From: Longimicrobiales bacterium
GTDB lineage: Bacteria > Gemmatimonadota > Gemmatimonadetes > Longimicrobiales > RSA9
Length of the DNA: 64,000 bases
Assembly: GCA_036563975.1 (NCBI GenBank)
Contig: DATCLK010000097.1
Coordinates: 1,286 to 65,285 of the forward strand
Reading direction: 5' to 3'
Part shown: piece after piece, positions 38,639 through 46,037 of the stretch
How positions within the stretch are numbered: position 1 is the stretch's first letter
Layout: each line of letters begins with the position of its first letter
Notes under the pieces: generated by a model
What the model saw: the letters and a program-made list of their open reading frames with translations, nothing else
Told to the model about the DNA's origin: nothing
Database searches by the model: none
Program-made: the position numbers and the translations under genes

Positions 38639-38695
38639 CCGGCTGATGATCGACAACCGACTGCTTCGCGCCCTTCGGGGGCGTTCGCCCGATGC

Positions 38696-39931
38696 TCAGA
38701 GCCGGGCGATGATCGCGTCGGCGAACCCCGACGTGGGCACCTCGCGCGCGCCTTCCATCTGGCGCGCGAGGTCGTACGTCACGATGCGGTCCTGGATCGC
38801 GCGCTCGAGTCCCTTGGCGACCAGCGCCGCGGCCTCCATCCAGCCAATGTGCTCGAGCATCATGACGCCGGAAAGGATCAGCGAGCCGGGGTTCACCTTG
38901 TCGAGTCCAGCGTACTTCGGCGCGGTGCCGTGCGTGGCCTCGAAGACCGCGACCTCCTCGCCGATGTTGGCTCCCGGTGCCATGCCGAGGCCGCCGACCT
39001 GCGCTGCCGCCGCGTCCGACAGGTAGTCGCCGTTGAGGTTCGGCGTCGCGATGACCGAGTACTCGTCCGGCCGCAGCAGGAGCTGCTGGAACATCGCGTC
39101 CGCGATGCGGTCCTTGATCACGACGCGCCCGCCCGGGTCCCCGCCCGCCAGCGCTGACTCCGCAACCGTGTGCTCGCCGAACTGCTCGCGGGCGACCTCG
39201 TAGCCCCAGTCGCGGAACGCGCCCTCCGTGTACTTCATGATGTTGCCTTTGTGCACGAGCGTCACGGACGGCCGCTTGCGCTGAATGGCGTAACGGATCG
39301 CGGCGGCGATGAGGCGCTTGGAGCCGAACTCGCTCATCGGCTTGACGCCGAAGGCGCTGCCCTCCCGCACCCGGACGCCCATCTCCTCCGCGAGGAACCG
39401 GCCGAACCGCGCCGCCTCCACGCTGCCCGCCGGCCACTCGATCCCCGCGTAGACGTCTTCCGTGTTCTCGCGGAAGATGATCACGTCCACCTTCTCCGGC
39501 TCGCGCATCGGCGAGGGCACGCCCGGGATGTAACGCACGGGCCGGACGCAGGCGTAGAGGTCCAGAACCTGGCGGAGCGTCACGTTCAGCGAACGGATCC
39601 CGCCCCCGACCGGCGTCGTGAGCGGGCCCTTGATCCCCACCTTGAACTCGCGCAGGGCCTCGAGTGTCTCGTCGGGCAGCCACTCGCCGGTCACCTTCAC
39701 GGCCCTCTCGCCGGCGTAGACCTCCATCCATGCGATGCGGCGCGCGCCGCCGAAGGCCTTCTCCACCCCCGCATCCAGCACCCGCCGCGTGGCACGCCAG
39801 ATGTCCGGGCCGGTGCCATCCCCCTCGATGAACGGGATGATGGGTCGGTCGGGGACGACGAGCTGGCCGTCCCGGATCGCGATCGGCTCCCCGTCCTCGG
39901 GGACGCGCGCGAAGCGGTAGCGCTCTGCCAT
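38696..39931 (-). CDS. icd: Isocitrate dehydrogenase (NADP-dependent, homodimeric type)
   Basis: 411-aa ORF: [35 protein letters not shown]. Confidence 0.93.
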   Translation of the reverse strand: MAERYRFARVPEDGEPIAIRDGQLVVPDRPIIPFIEGDGTGPDIWRATRRVLDAGVEKAFGGARRIAWMEVYAGERAVKVTGEWLPDETLEALREFKVGIKGPLTTPVGGGIRSLNVTLRQVLDLYACVRPVRYIPGVPSPMREPEKVDVIIFRENTEDVYAGIEWPAGSVEAARFGRFLAEEMGVRVREGSAFGVKPMSEFGSKRLIAAAIRYAIQRKRPSVTLVHKGNIMKYTEGAFRDWGYEVAREQFGEHTVAESALAGGDPGGRVVIKDRIADAMFQQLLLRPDEYSVIATPNLNGDYLSDAAAAQVGGLGMAPGANIGEEVAVFEATHGTAPKYAGLDKVNPGSLILSGVMMLEHIGWMEAAALVAKGLERAIQDRIVTYDLARQMEGAREVPTSGFADAIIARL

Positions 39932-39937
39932 GTGGAC

Positions 39938-41071
39938 CTACACCCTTTCCGCGATCGGCTTGACCTTTTTGCCCAGCGGCCCCACGTACCTGGACTGCGG
40001 CCGGATGAGGCGGTTGTCCCGCAACTGCTCGATCATGTGGGCCGCCCACCCCGGCGTCCGGGCCATCGCGAAGATGTTGGTGAACACGTCCGTCGGGATC
40101 CCCAGCGTGTAGTAGACGGACGCGCTGTAGAAATCGACGTTCGGGTAGATCTTCTTGCCGCGCCGATCCATCTCCTCGCGCATGACGCGCTCGATCCGGG
40201 AGGCGATGTCGAGCCAGCGCGTGTCGCCTCCCTGCGCGGCCAGCCGCCCTGCCAGCTCCCGCAGGATCGGCGCGCGAGGGTCAACGGTGCGGTAGACGCG
40301 GTGCCCGAAGCCCATGATCCGCTCGCCGCGGGCGAGCGCCGTGCGCACCCACTCCTCGGCACGGTCCGGCTCCCCGATCTCGAGCAGCATCTTCATCACG
40401 CGCTCGTTCGCGCCGCCGTGCAGCGGGCCCTTCAGCGTCCCGATCGCGGAGGTCAGCCCGGAATGCATGTCAGAGAGCGTCGCCACCGTCACGCGCGCAG
40501 CGAACGTGGATGCGTTCATCCCGTGCTCGGCGTGGAGCGTGAGCGCGACGTCCATGACGTGAGCCCGCAGTTCGTCCGGCTCCTTGCCCGTCAGCATGTA
40601 CAGGAAGTTCGCCGCATGCCCCAACCCCTCCCTCGGCGCGATGGGCTCCCGTCCGTTCCGGATCCGGTCCCATGCCGCCGTCAGGGTCGGGAGCTGCGCC
40701 GTCATCCGGATCGCCTTGCGGAGATTCGCTTCCTCCGCCATGCTTTCGGCGTCCGGGTCGAACGCCGCGAGCGCAGATGCCGCGGTGCGCAACGCGGCCA
40801 TGGGGTGGGTCTCCCGCGGCAACGCGCGTAGCAGATCGAGGAGGGCGGGATTCACCGCGCGCTCGCGTTCCAGCTGGGCGCGGAACTGGGCGAGGTGAGC
40901 CGAGTTGGGCAGGTCGCCGTAGAGCAGGAGATAACAGACCTCCTCGAACGTCACGTTGCGGGCGAGGTCTTCGATCTCGTAACCACGGTAGATGAGTCGC
41001 CCTTCCTCACCGTAAATTTCGCTCAGCTCGGTATCTGCGACGACGACGCCCTCTAACCCCCGACTCGACAT
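39938..41071 (-). CDS. Citrate synthase (small ~377-aa type)
   Basis: Lies in ORF 39938..41611. Start set at ATG 41071 (MSSRGLEGVVVADTELSEI...). Contains LHAEHGMNAST, GPLHGGANE and GFGHRVY. Confidence 0.92.
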   Translation of the reverse strand: MSSRGLEGVVVADTELSEIYGEEGRLIYRGYEIEDLARNVTFEEVCYLLLYGDLPNSAHLAQFRAQLERERAVNPALLDLLRALPRETHPMAALRTAASALAAFDPDAESMAEEANLRKAIRMTAQLPTLTAAWDRIRNGREPIAPREGLGHAANFLYMLTGKEPDELRAHVMDVALTLHAEHGMNASTFAARVTVATLSDMHSGLTSAIGTLKGPLHGGANERVMKMLLEIGEPDRAEEWVRTALARGERIMGFGHRVYRTVDPRAPILRELAGRLAAQGGDTRWLDIASRIERVMREEMDRRGKKIYPNVDFYSASVYYTLGIPTDVFTNIFAMARTPGWAAHMIEQLRDNRLIRPQSRYVGPLGKKVKPIAERV

Positions 41072-41283
41072 AAGCCCGTCCTCCAGGGCGAAGGAATGCG
41101 CTCGGAATCTAACGTGAACCAGGGAGCCTACACCGGACCGCCAGACGGCAACGGGGCCGACATCCTCCGCGCTCAGGCGAAGGAGCCAGCCCCGTGTCGG
41201 CATAGGGGCGGAACGTGCGGCCAGGGCCCGAACATAGCGGCGCCCCGGAGGCGATGCAAGAGCGCCTCGCACGGTCGTTTTGC

Positions 41284-41309
41284 GTGACGCGACGCGAGTT
41301 CCATCGTCC
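41284..41309 (+). promoter_or_regulatory. Candidate ECF-type promoter upstream of the second ECF sigma gene
   Basis: GTGAC (41284-41288), a 16-nt spacer, then CGTCC (41305-41309). The CGTCC ends 5 nt before ATG 41315, which is leaderless geometry. The -35 assignment is weak. Confidence 0.3.
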
Positions 41310-41314
41310 ATTTT

Positions 41315-41890
41315 ATGAGCCGGGAAATCGCAGCGGGGCAGATGCCGGGGGACGCCAGCGACGCGCACGTCGTCGCGGCGGTGCGCCGGGGCGACCGGGA
41401 GGCCTTCCGGATCCTCGTCGTGCGCTACCAGGACGTGCTCTACCGATACGCCCTGCGCATGACGGGGCAGGCGGATGTGGCGGCGGATCTGGCGCAGGCC
41501 GCCTTCGTCAAGGCGTACGGCAATCTCTCCCGCTGCCGGGACCCGGAACGCTTCGGGGCGTGGCTCTTCCGGATCCTCGTCAATGGCTGCAAGGATTACC
41601 TGAAGAGTCACCGCAGGCGGGACGCTTCGCTAGATGACCGGCCCGTGGCCTCGGCAGCGAGCGAGAACGACCCGGCGGCGGAGCTGGAGCGGTCCGAGCT
41701 CAGGACGCTCCTGGATGATGCGCTGGCTCGCCTCCCGGAGCCGCAGCGCGAGGCGTTCATCCTGAAGCACGTCGAGGGGCTGTCCTACGAGGAGATCGCG
41801 GAGCTGCTGGACGTGTCGATCCCCGCGCTGAAGATGCGGGTGCACCGGGCGCGCGAGGCGCTCAAGACGGTTCTCGAGGAGGTTCTCTGA
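41315..41890 (+). CDS. RNA polymerase sigma factor, ECF subfamily
   Basis: 191-aa ORF: AAFVKAYGNLSRCRDPERFGAWLFRILVNG in region 2, and LSYEEIAELLDVSIPALKMRVHRAREAL in region 4. Confidence 0.9.
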   Translation: MSREIAAGQMPGDASDAHVVAAVRRGDREAFRILVVRYQDVLYRYALRMTGQADVAADLAQAAFVKAYGNLSRCRDPERFGAWLFRILVNGCKDYLKSHRRRDASLDDRPVASAASENDPAAELERSELRTLLDDALARLPEPQREAFILKHVEGLSYEEIAELLDVSIPALKMRVHRAREALKTVLEEVL

Positions 41891-42558
41891 TGCACCCGGA
41901 CCTGCAACGCTTCCTGGACGGCGAGCTGCCGCTGGATGCGCTCCCTCCGGAGCTGCGCGCGGAGGCGGAAGAGTGGCGGGCTCTGCTCGACGCCGCTGCC
42001 GCCCTGGGTGAAGAGCGCGCGCCGGCGTCCCTCGAGCACCGCGTCATGGCCGCCATTGCCCGGACGGCGCCCGCCCTGCCCGCCTGGAAGCGCGTGCTAC
42101 GCTGGCTGGTCACGCCGCGGACCGTGCAGGTCCGGCCCGCCGGCCTGCTGGCGGCTGCCGCCGCGGCCGCGGTGTTGATCCTGGTCGCGTGGCCCGAAGC
42201 ACGGCCGCCCCTGCCCGCCGCCGGCGCCCGCGGGTCGGAGGCCGTCGCGGCCAGCGACGAGCCGCCCGTCGTGCTCGTGCAGTTCGTCTACCACGGGGGC
42301 GAAGCCCGATCCGTGGCGATCGCCGGCGATTTCAACGGGTGGGATCCGGCCCACCACGAGCTCCGCGACCCGGACGGCGACGGCATCTGGACCGCGGTGT
42401 TCCCGATCCCGGTCGGCCTGCATAAGTACATGTTCGTCGTGGACGGCGAGCGGTGGGTCACCGATCCGCATGCGGAACGCTACATCGATGACGGGTTCGG
42501 CATGCGAAACGCGCTGCTCTCCGTAACGCCCCCGCCGCCATCGCGGAGGGAGTCCTGA
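41890..42558 (+). CDS. Anti-sigma factor with periplasmic CBM48/AMPK-beta glycogen-binding-type (E-set) module
   Basis: 222-aa ORF whose ATG overlaps the sigma-gene stop (TGATG). Has an N-terminal helical anti-sigma segment, a TM segment (LLAAAAAAAVLILVAW) and a C-terminal module: VAIAGDFNGWDP...DGIWTAVFPIPVGLHKYMFVVDGERWVTDP. Confidence 0.75.
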   Translation: MHPDLQRFLDGELPLDALPPELRAEAEEWRALLDAAAALGEERAPASLEHRVMAAIARTAPALPAWKRVLRWLVTPRTVQVRPAGLLAAAAAAAVLILVAWPEARPPLPAAGARGSEAVAASDEPPVVLVQFVYHGGEARSVAIAGDFNGWDPAHHELRDPDGDGIWTAVFPIPVGLHKYMFVVDGERWVTDPHAERYIDDGFGMRNALLSVTPPPPSRRES

Positions 42559-43748
42559 TTCCACGCGCGCGTGGCAGCCGCGCCGGCTGGTTCGTCGTCC
42601 AGGCGCTGCTGCTCGCTTTCGCGGCTCCTGCGTCGGCCCAGCACATCGATGTGTGGCTGGACGCGGCGGCGGCGCACACGCGACCGCCCGGCGGCGTGCA
42701 GGACGCCGAGGCGGAGACCTACGGCATCCTCGGTGCACGCGTCGGCCTGGAAGGCCGCCGGGGGTTGCTCGAGTTCGCGGCGCAGGGTGGCCGCAGCGCG
42801 GACGTGGACGGGGGCATCTGGCTGGGCGGCGCGCTGCGCGGGCAAGCTGGAGGCCGGATCGCCCGCCTCTACGTGAGTGGCCGCGCGGAGCTGTTCGGGC
42901 TGCGCTACGATGATCCGTTCAGCTACGACGCGACTGCAGTGGCGGTGCAGCCGCAGGCCGCCTTGCCCATTGGCCGCTGGTGGCTCGTGGCGCGAGGCGA
43001 GCTGACGCGCGGTGGTTGGCGGGCCGGTGCGCAGAGCCCGCCGCTCCCGCCAGGCACGCCGGATCCGCCGGAGCCGACCACGGGCCCGCTCGCGGTGACG
43101 GGCGGCGCGCTCGAGGCCGTTCACGGGAGGGGGCGGAGCGCGATCCGACTCGCTGTCGAGACCTACGAGTCTCGCGCGGGTGGCGCGTTCGACGGCGCGT
43201 ACCGCGGGATCGTCGGCTCGGCGAGCTACGGCACGGCGCGCATCGCGGCCGCGCTCGAGGCGCGTGCCTGGCGCACCCCGGCCGGCGACGAGTTCGGATA
43301 CCACGCCGTGGTGACGGTCGCTGCCCGACCCGACGTCCAGCTCCGCATCATGGTCGGCCGCACCGTGCGCGACCCGCTGTACGGCATGCCCGGGAGTGTC
43401 ACCGCAAGCGTCGGCGCGAGCTGGCGGATCGGCAGGTTCGCCCCGTCGCAGCCCCTGCGCATCGTGGAGGTCGGCGAACGGGTGCCGGGCGGCCGCCGGG
43501 TCACGTTCCGCCTCCGGGCCCCGGATGCGCGCAGCGTAGCGTTGTCCGGCAATTTCACCGGCTGGGAGCCGCGTCCGATGCGGCGCGAAGACGGCGGCAC
43601 CTGGGTCCTCGCCGTCGTGCTCGAACCCGGCCTCCACCATTTCGGCTTTCTGGTGGACGGTTCGGTGTGGACCGTGCCGGAGGGTGCGCCGGGCGTGGCG
43701 GACGACGGCTGGGGGCGGAAAAACGCCAGCGTGGTCGTGGAGAAGTGA
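42555..43748 (+). CDS. Secreted beta-rich protein with C-terminal CBM48-type module
   Basis: The listed ORF starts at GTG 42651. However, the same frame is open from 42492 and encodes a textbook signal peptide (RARGSRAGWFVVQALLLAFAAPASA/QH) upstream of that GTG. The only start-like codons there are CTG 42555 and ATT 42558. C-terminal module: VALSGNFTGWEP...GTWVLAVVLEPGLHHFGFLVDGSVW. Confidence 0.65.
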   Translation: MIPRARGSRAGWFVVQALLLAFAAPASAQHIDVWLDAAAAHTRPPGGVQDAEAETYGILGARVGLEGRRGLLEFAAQGGRSADVDGGIWLGGALRGQAGGRIARLYVSGRAELFGLRYDDPFSYDATAVAVQPQAALPIGRWWLVARGELTRGGWRAGAQSPPLPPGTPDPPEPTTGPLAVTGGALEAVHGRGRSAIRLAVETYESRAGGAFDGAYRGIVGSASYGTARIAAALEARAWRTPAGDEFGYHAVVTVAARPDVQLRIMVGRTVRDPLYGMPGSVTASVGASWRIGRFAPSQPLRIVEVGERVPGGRRVTFRLRAPDARSVALSGNFTGWEPRPMRREDGGTWVLAVVLEPGLHHFGFLVDGSVWTVPEGAPGVADDGWGRKNASVVVEK

Positions 43749-43813
43749 CGTCCTGCGGGCCGGCTCGTCTGAAAGGGTGGCCGGCGTGGAGTGTACGGCG
43801 AGAGGAACCGAGC

Positions 43814-44575
43814 ATGAGTCGCTTGCTCCTGCTGTCACTGCTGATCGCGGCGTGGTGCGTGGCTGGCGCGGCCAGTCGCGTCCATGCGCAAGAGGCAGCC
43901 AAGTACGAGCGCGCCCGCGCGGCCTTCTCGGGCGAGGACGCCCGTGCCTTCGAGCGGCTGGTGGCGCAGGCGCGCGAGCAGGGTCTGCCTGTCGACCCGT
44001 TGGTGGACAAGGCACTGGAAGGCGCCGCGAAGGGAGTTCCCCCTAGGCGCGTGCTCGCCGTGCTCGATGAGCTCGCGACGGGGCTGGCTCGGGCACGTGG
44101 CCTCCTGACGGCGTCGGGTTTCCGCCCTGCTCCCCCGGACATCGCCGCAGTCGCGGACGGCCTGCGGCGGGGCGTGCCGGAGCACGCGGTCAGGGAGCTG
44201 GGCGCGGGCGCGCAGCCGGGCGAGCCCATCGCGCTCGCCGTGCACACCCTCGCGGACCTGCTGGACCGTGGCGTTCCGGTCGCGATGGCGCTGGACGTGT
44301 TGACGGCATGGCGCGGGCAGGGGGCGCAGACGGCAGACCTGGCGGAGTTGCCGGCAGCGATCGAGCGCCTCGTGCGGCAGGGGGTACTGCCCTCCCAGGC
44401 CGCGCAGGCCGTTGCGGCGGCCATGCGGGCGGGACGCGGCCCCGGCGCCGCCGGCCCACCCGGCGTTTTCCCGCCGGCCCGCGGGCGGGGGCCGGGTGGC
44501 GATGGGCCGCCGATTCCGCCGGGGGCCGGTCCACCTGGCGAGAAAGGCGGTCGCGGAAAGAAGTCGGGTTCCTGA
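43814..44575 (+). CDS. Secreted alpha-helical repeat protein with Gly/Pro-rich basic tail
   Basis: Lies in ORF 42980..44575. Start set at ATG 43814 (MSRLLLLSLLIAAWCVAGAASRVHAQ, a signal peptide). A helical motif centred on G(L/V)P recurs four times. The tail reads PGAAGPPGVFPPARGRGPGGDGPPIPPGAGPPGEKGGRGKKSGS. Confidence 0.6.
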   Translation: MSRLLLLSLLIAAWCVAGAASRVHAQEAAKYERARAAFSGEDARAFERLVAQAREQGLPVDPLVDKALEGAAKGVPPRRVLAVLDELATGLARARGLLTASGFRPAPPDIAAVADGLRRGVPEHAVRELGAGAQPGEPIALAVHTLADLLDRGVPVAMALDVLTAWRGQGAQTADLAELPAAIERLVRQGVLPSQAAQAVAAAMRAGRGPGAAGPPGVFPPARGRGPGGDGPPIPPGAGPPGEKGGRGKKSGS

Positions 44576-44860
44576 GGCACGCCCTTCCCCGCTTCCCGCC
44601 GTGCCGGCGCCCCGCGCCGGCCGTTCTCCACCCGCTCCCTCTGTGCTGTCCTGCCCTCCACGCTGACGCGTGCCGCGTCTTCGCGGGCGGTCAGCTGCTC
44701 ACGCGGCTCTCGCTTCCCTGCTCTTGCCTCCACGCTGAGGCGGACGTACATTGTTCTCGACCCGTAAGGGGTTGCATGGATGAGGGCCCCGGGCGCCCTG
44801 CGAGACGGTGCGCCGCGGGGCTTCGTTGTCTTCGGGGCACAACCCAACTTTTCCGGAAAG

Positions 44861-44896
44861 GCGCCGCCGCCACGGTGGCGCTTGTTCTTTTCGTTT
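44861..44896 (+). terminator. Intrinsic terminator / attenuator hairpin 27 nt upstream of the feoA-like start
   Basis: GCGCCGCC-GCCAC-GGTGGCGC (8 bp, one G-U pair) followed by TTGTTCTTTTCGTTT. There is no room for a promoter between it and the SD (GGGAG) and ATG at 44923. Confidence 0.55.
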
Positions 44897-44922
44897 ACCA
44901 CCATTCGCAGCGGGAGCGCGTC

Positions 44923-45237
44923 ATGTCTGGTCCTTCCTCACCGGTTCGCGCAAGGAGCCTCGCAGCGACCGCTACGGGCGAGGCGGTCGAGATCAAGCGC
45001 ATTCTGTTCGAGGCGCTTCGGGAGCTCTGCGCAGACCTCGGCGTGCGGGAGGGGGATCTTGTGCGATGCCGCGCAGAGACGCCCTCACAACTACTGCTCG
45101 AGACGCCGGCCGGGCGCACCGTCGCCCTCGCCCGCGACTGGGCCCGGTTCATCCAAGTCGTGCCGCCCGGACCGATGGCGCTGGCGCCCCGACGATCGGG
45201 GGTCGAGCAGGAGACGGCGGCGGCATCGCAACGCTGA
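44923..45237 (+). CDS. FeoA-like (SH3-type) small protein
   Basis: Lies in ORF 44308..45237. Start set at ATG 44923 (GGGAG 6 nt upstream). GEAVEIKRI...LRELCADLGVREGDLVRCRAE...LLLETPAGRTVALARDWARFIQVV fits the FeoA-domain pattern by eye. No feoB in the window. Confidence 0.55.
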   Translation: MSGPSSPVRARSLAATATGEAVEIKRILFEALRELCADLGVREGDLVRCRAETPSQLLLETPAGRTVALARDWARFIQVVPPGPMALAPRRSGVEQETAAASQR

Positions 45238-45341
45238 CCGCGCGGCCTTGACGCGGCCCCTGGCCGGGCGTATGCGTGGCGGATCCGTCCAGGGGCCGGG
45301 CCATGGCCCGGCGAGCGTAGCCCGCCGTCCGGAGGAGCGCA

Positions 45342-45959
45342 ATGCGCGCGCTGTCACGACTGCTCGGCTCCATCGCGCTGCTCTGTTGCCTCCCGCCAGC
45401 CCTCTCTGCGCAGCAGGAAGTCGAGCCGTATCAGATGTTCGGTGCGGCGTTCGGCTGGGGCGCCATCGGCCCCGGCCAGGACACGGGCATCCCCGGTGAC
45501 GCGGCGGATGCCGGCACGAGCATGCAGTTCGGGCTCGAGCTCGAGATCAGGCAGAACTCCCTGGTCTACCTCTATGGCCGCGCCGATGCGGACGCGGCCG
45601 ATGTGCGCCAACACCTCGGCCTGAGCGGCGGCGTGCGCATGCGGCCGTTCCGAGGCCGTCCTATCCGGCCCGTGGCCGGCTTCGGCATCGGATTCTACTG
45701 GCTGGAGCCCAAGGTGGACGCCACGCTTGCGGTGGAGCGTGAGATCGCGTTGCGTGCCGAGGGGCACATCGGGGCCGAATGGCTCGCCGTGCCCGGGCTG
45801 CGCTGGTACGTGGAGTACCGGCTGGCCGCGTCCCGCTACCCGGCCGTCGTCCGGCAGGAGGGCTGCACGCCGCCCGACCGCTGTCTGGCGCTCTCGGGTG
45901 ACCGGCTCCTCCACCTCGCGCACACGGGCTGGGTCGGCGTCCGCATCAAGATGTTCTGA
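45342..45959 (+). CDS. Small outer-membrane beta-barrel protein
   Basis: 205-aa ORF with GGAGGA 5 nt upstream. Has a signal peptide (LGSIALLCCLPPALSAQQ), alternating beta-like segments and a C-terminal ...VGVRIKMF ending in an aromatic residue. Confidence 0.65.
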   Translation: MRALSRLLGSIALLCCLPPALSAQQEVEPYQMFGAAFGWGAIGPGQDTGIPGDAADAGTSMQFGLELEIRQNSLVYLYGRADADAADVRQHLGLSGGVRMRPFRGRPIRPVAGFGIGFYWLEPKVDATLAVEREIALRAEGHIGAEWLAVPGLRWYVEYRLAASRYPAVVRQEGCTPPDRCLALSGDRLLHLAHTGWVGVRIKMF

Positions 45960-46037
45960 GCAGCGGCACGACGTCGCCGCGCGTCCGCCTTCCCGGATTT
46001 CGAACGGCGCCACGACGCCGTCGCCCGCGCCCCTCCG

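Noticed and set aside
44691-44873. A 60-aa minus-strand ORF inside the CT-rich spacer.
   Set aside because: It has no SD and a low-complexity product. It lies antisense to the repeat/terminator architecture, which explains the region better.
44776-44922. An N-terminal extension of the feoA-like ORF from ATG 44776 (MDEGPGRPARR...).
   Set aside because: The extension contains the terminator hairpin and its T-tract. It is rich in T-ending codons (ctt gtt ctt ttc gtt), which is atypical for this genome's coding regions. ATG 44923 has a well-spaced GGGAG SD.
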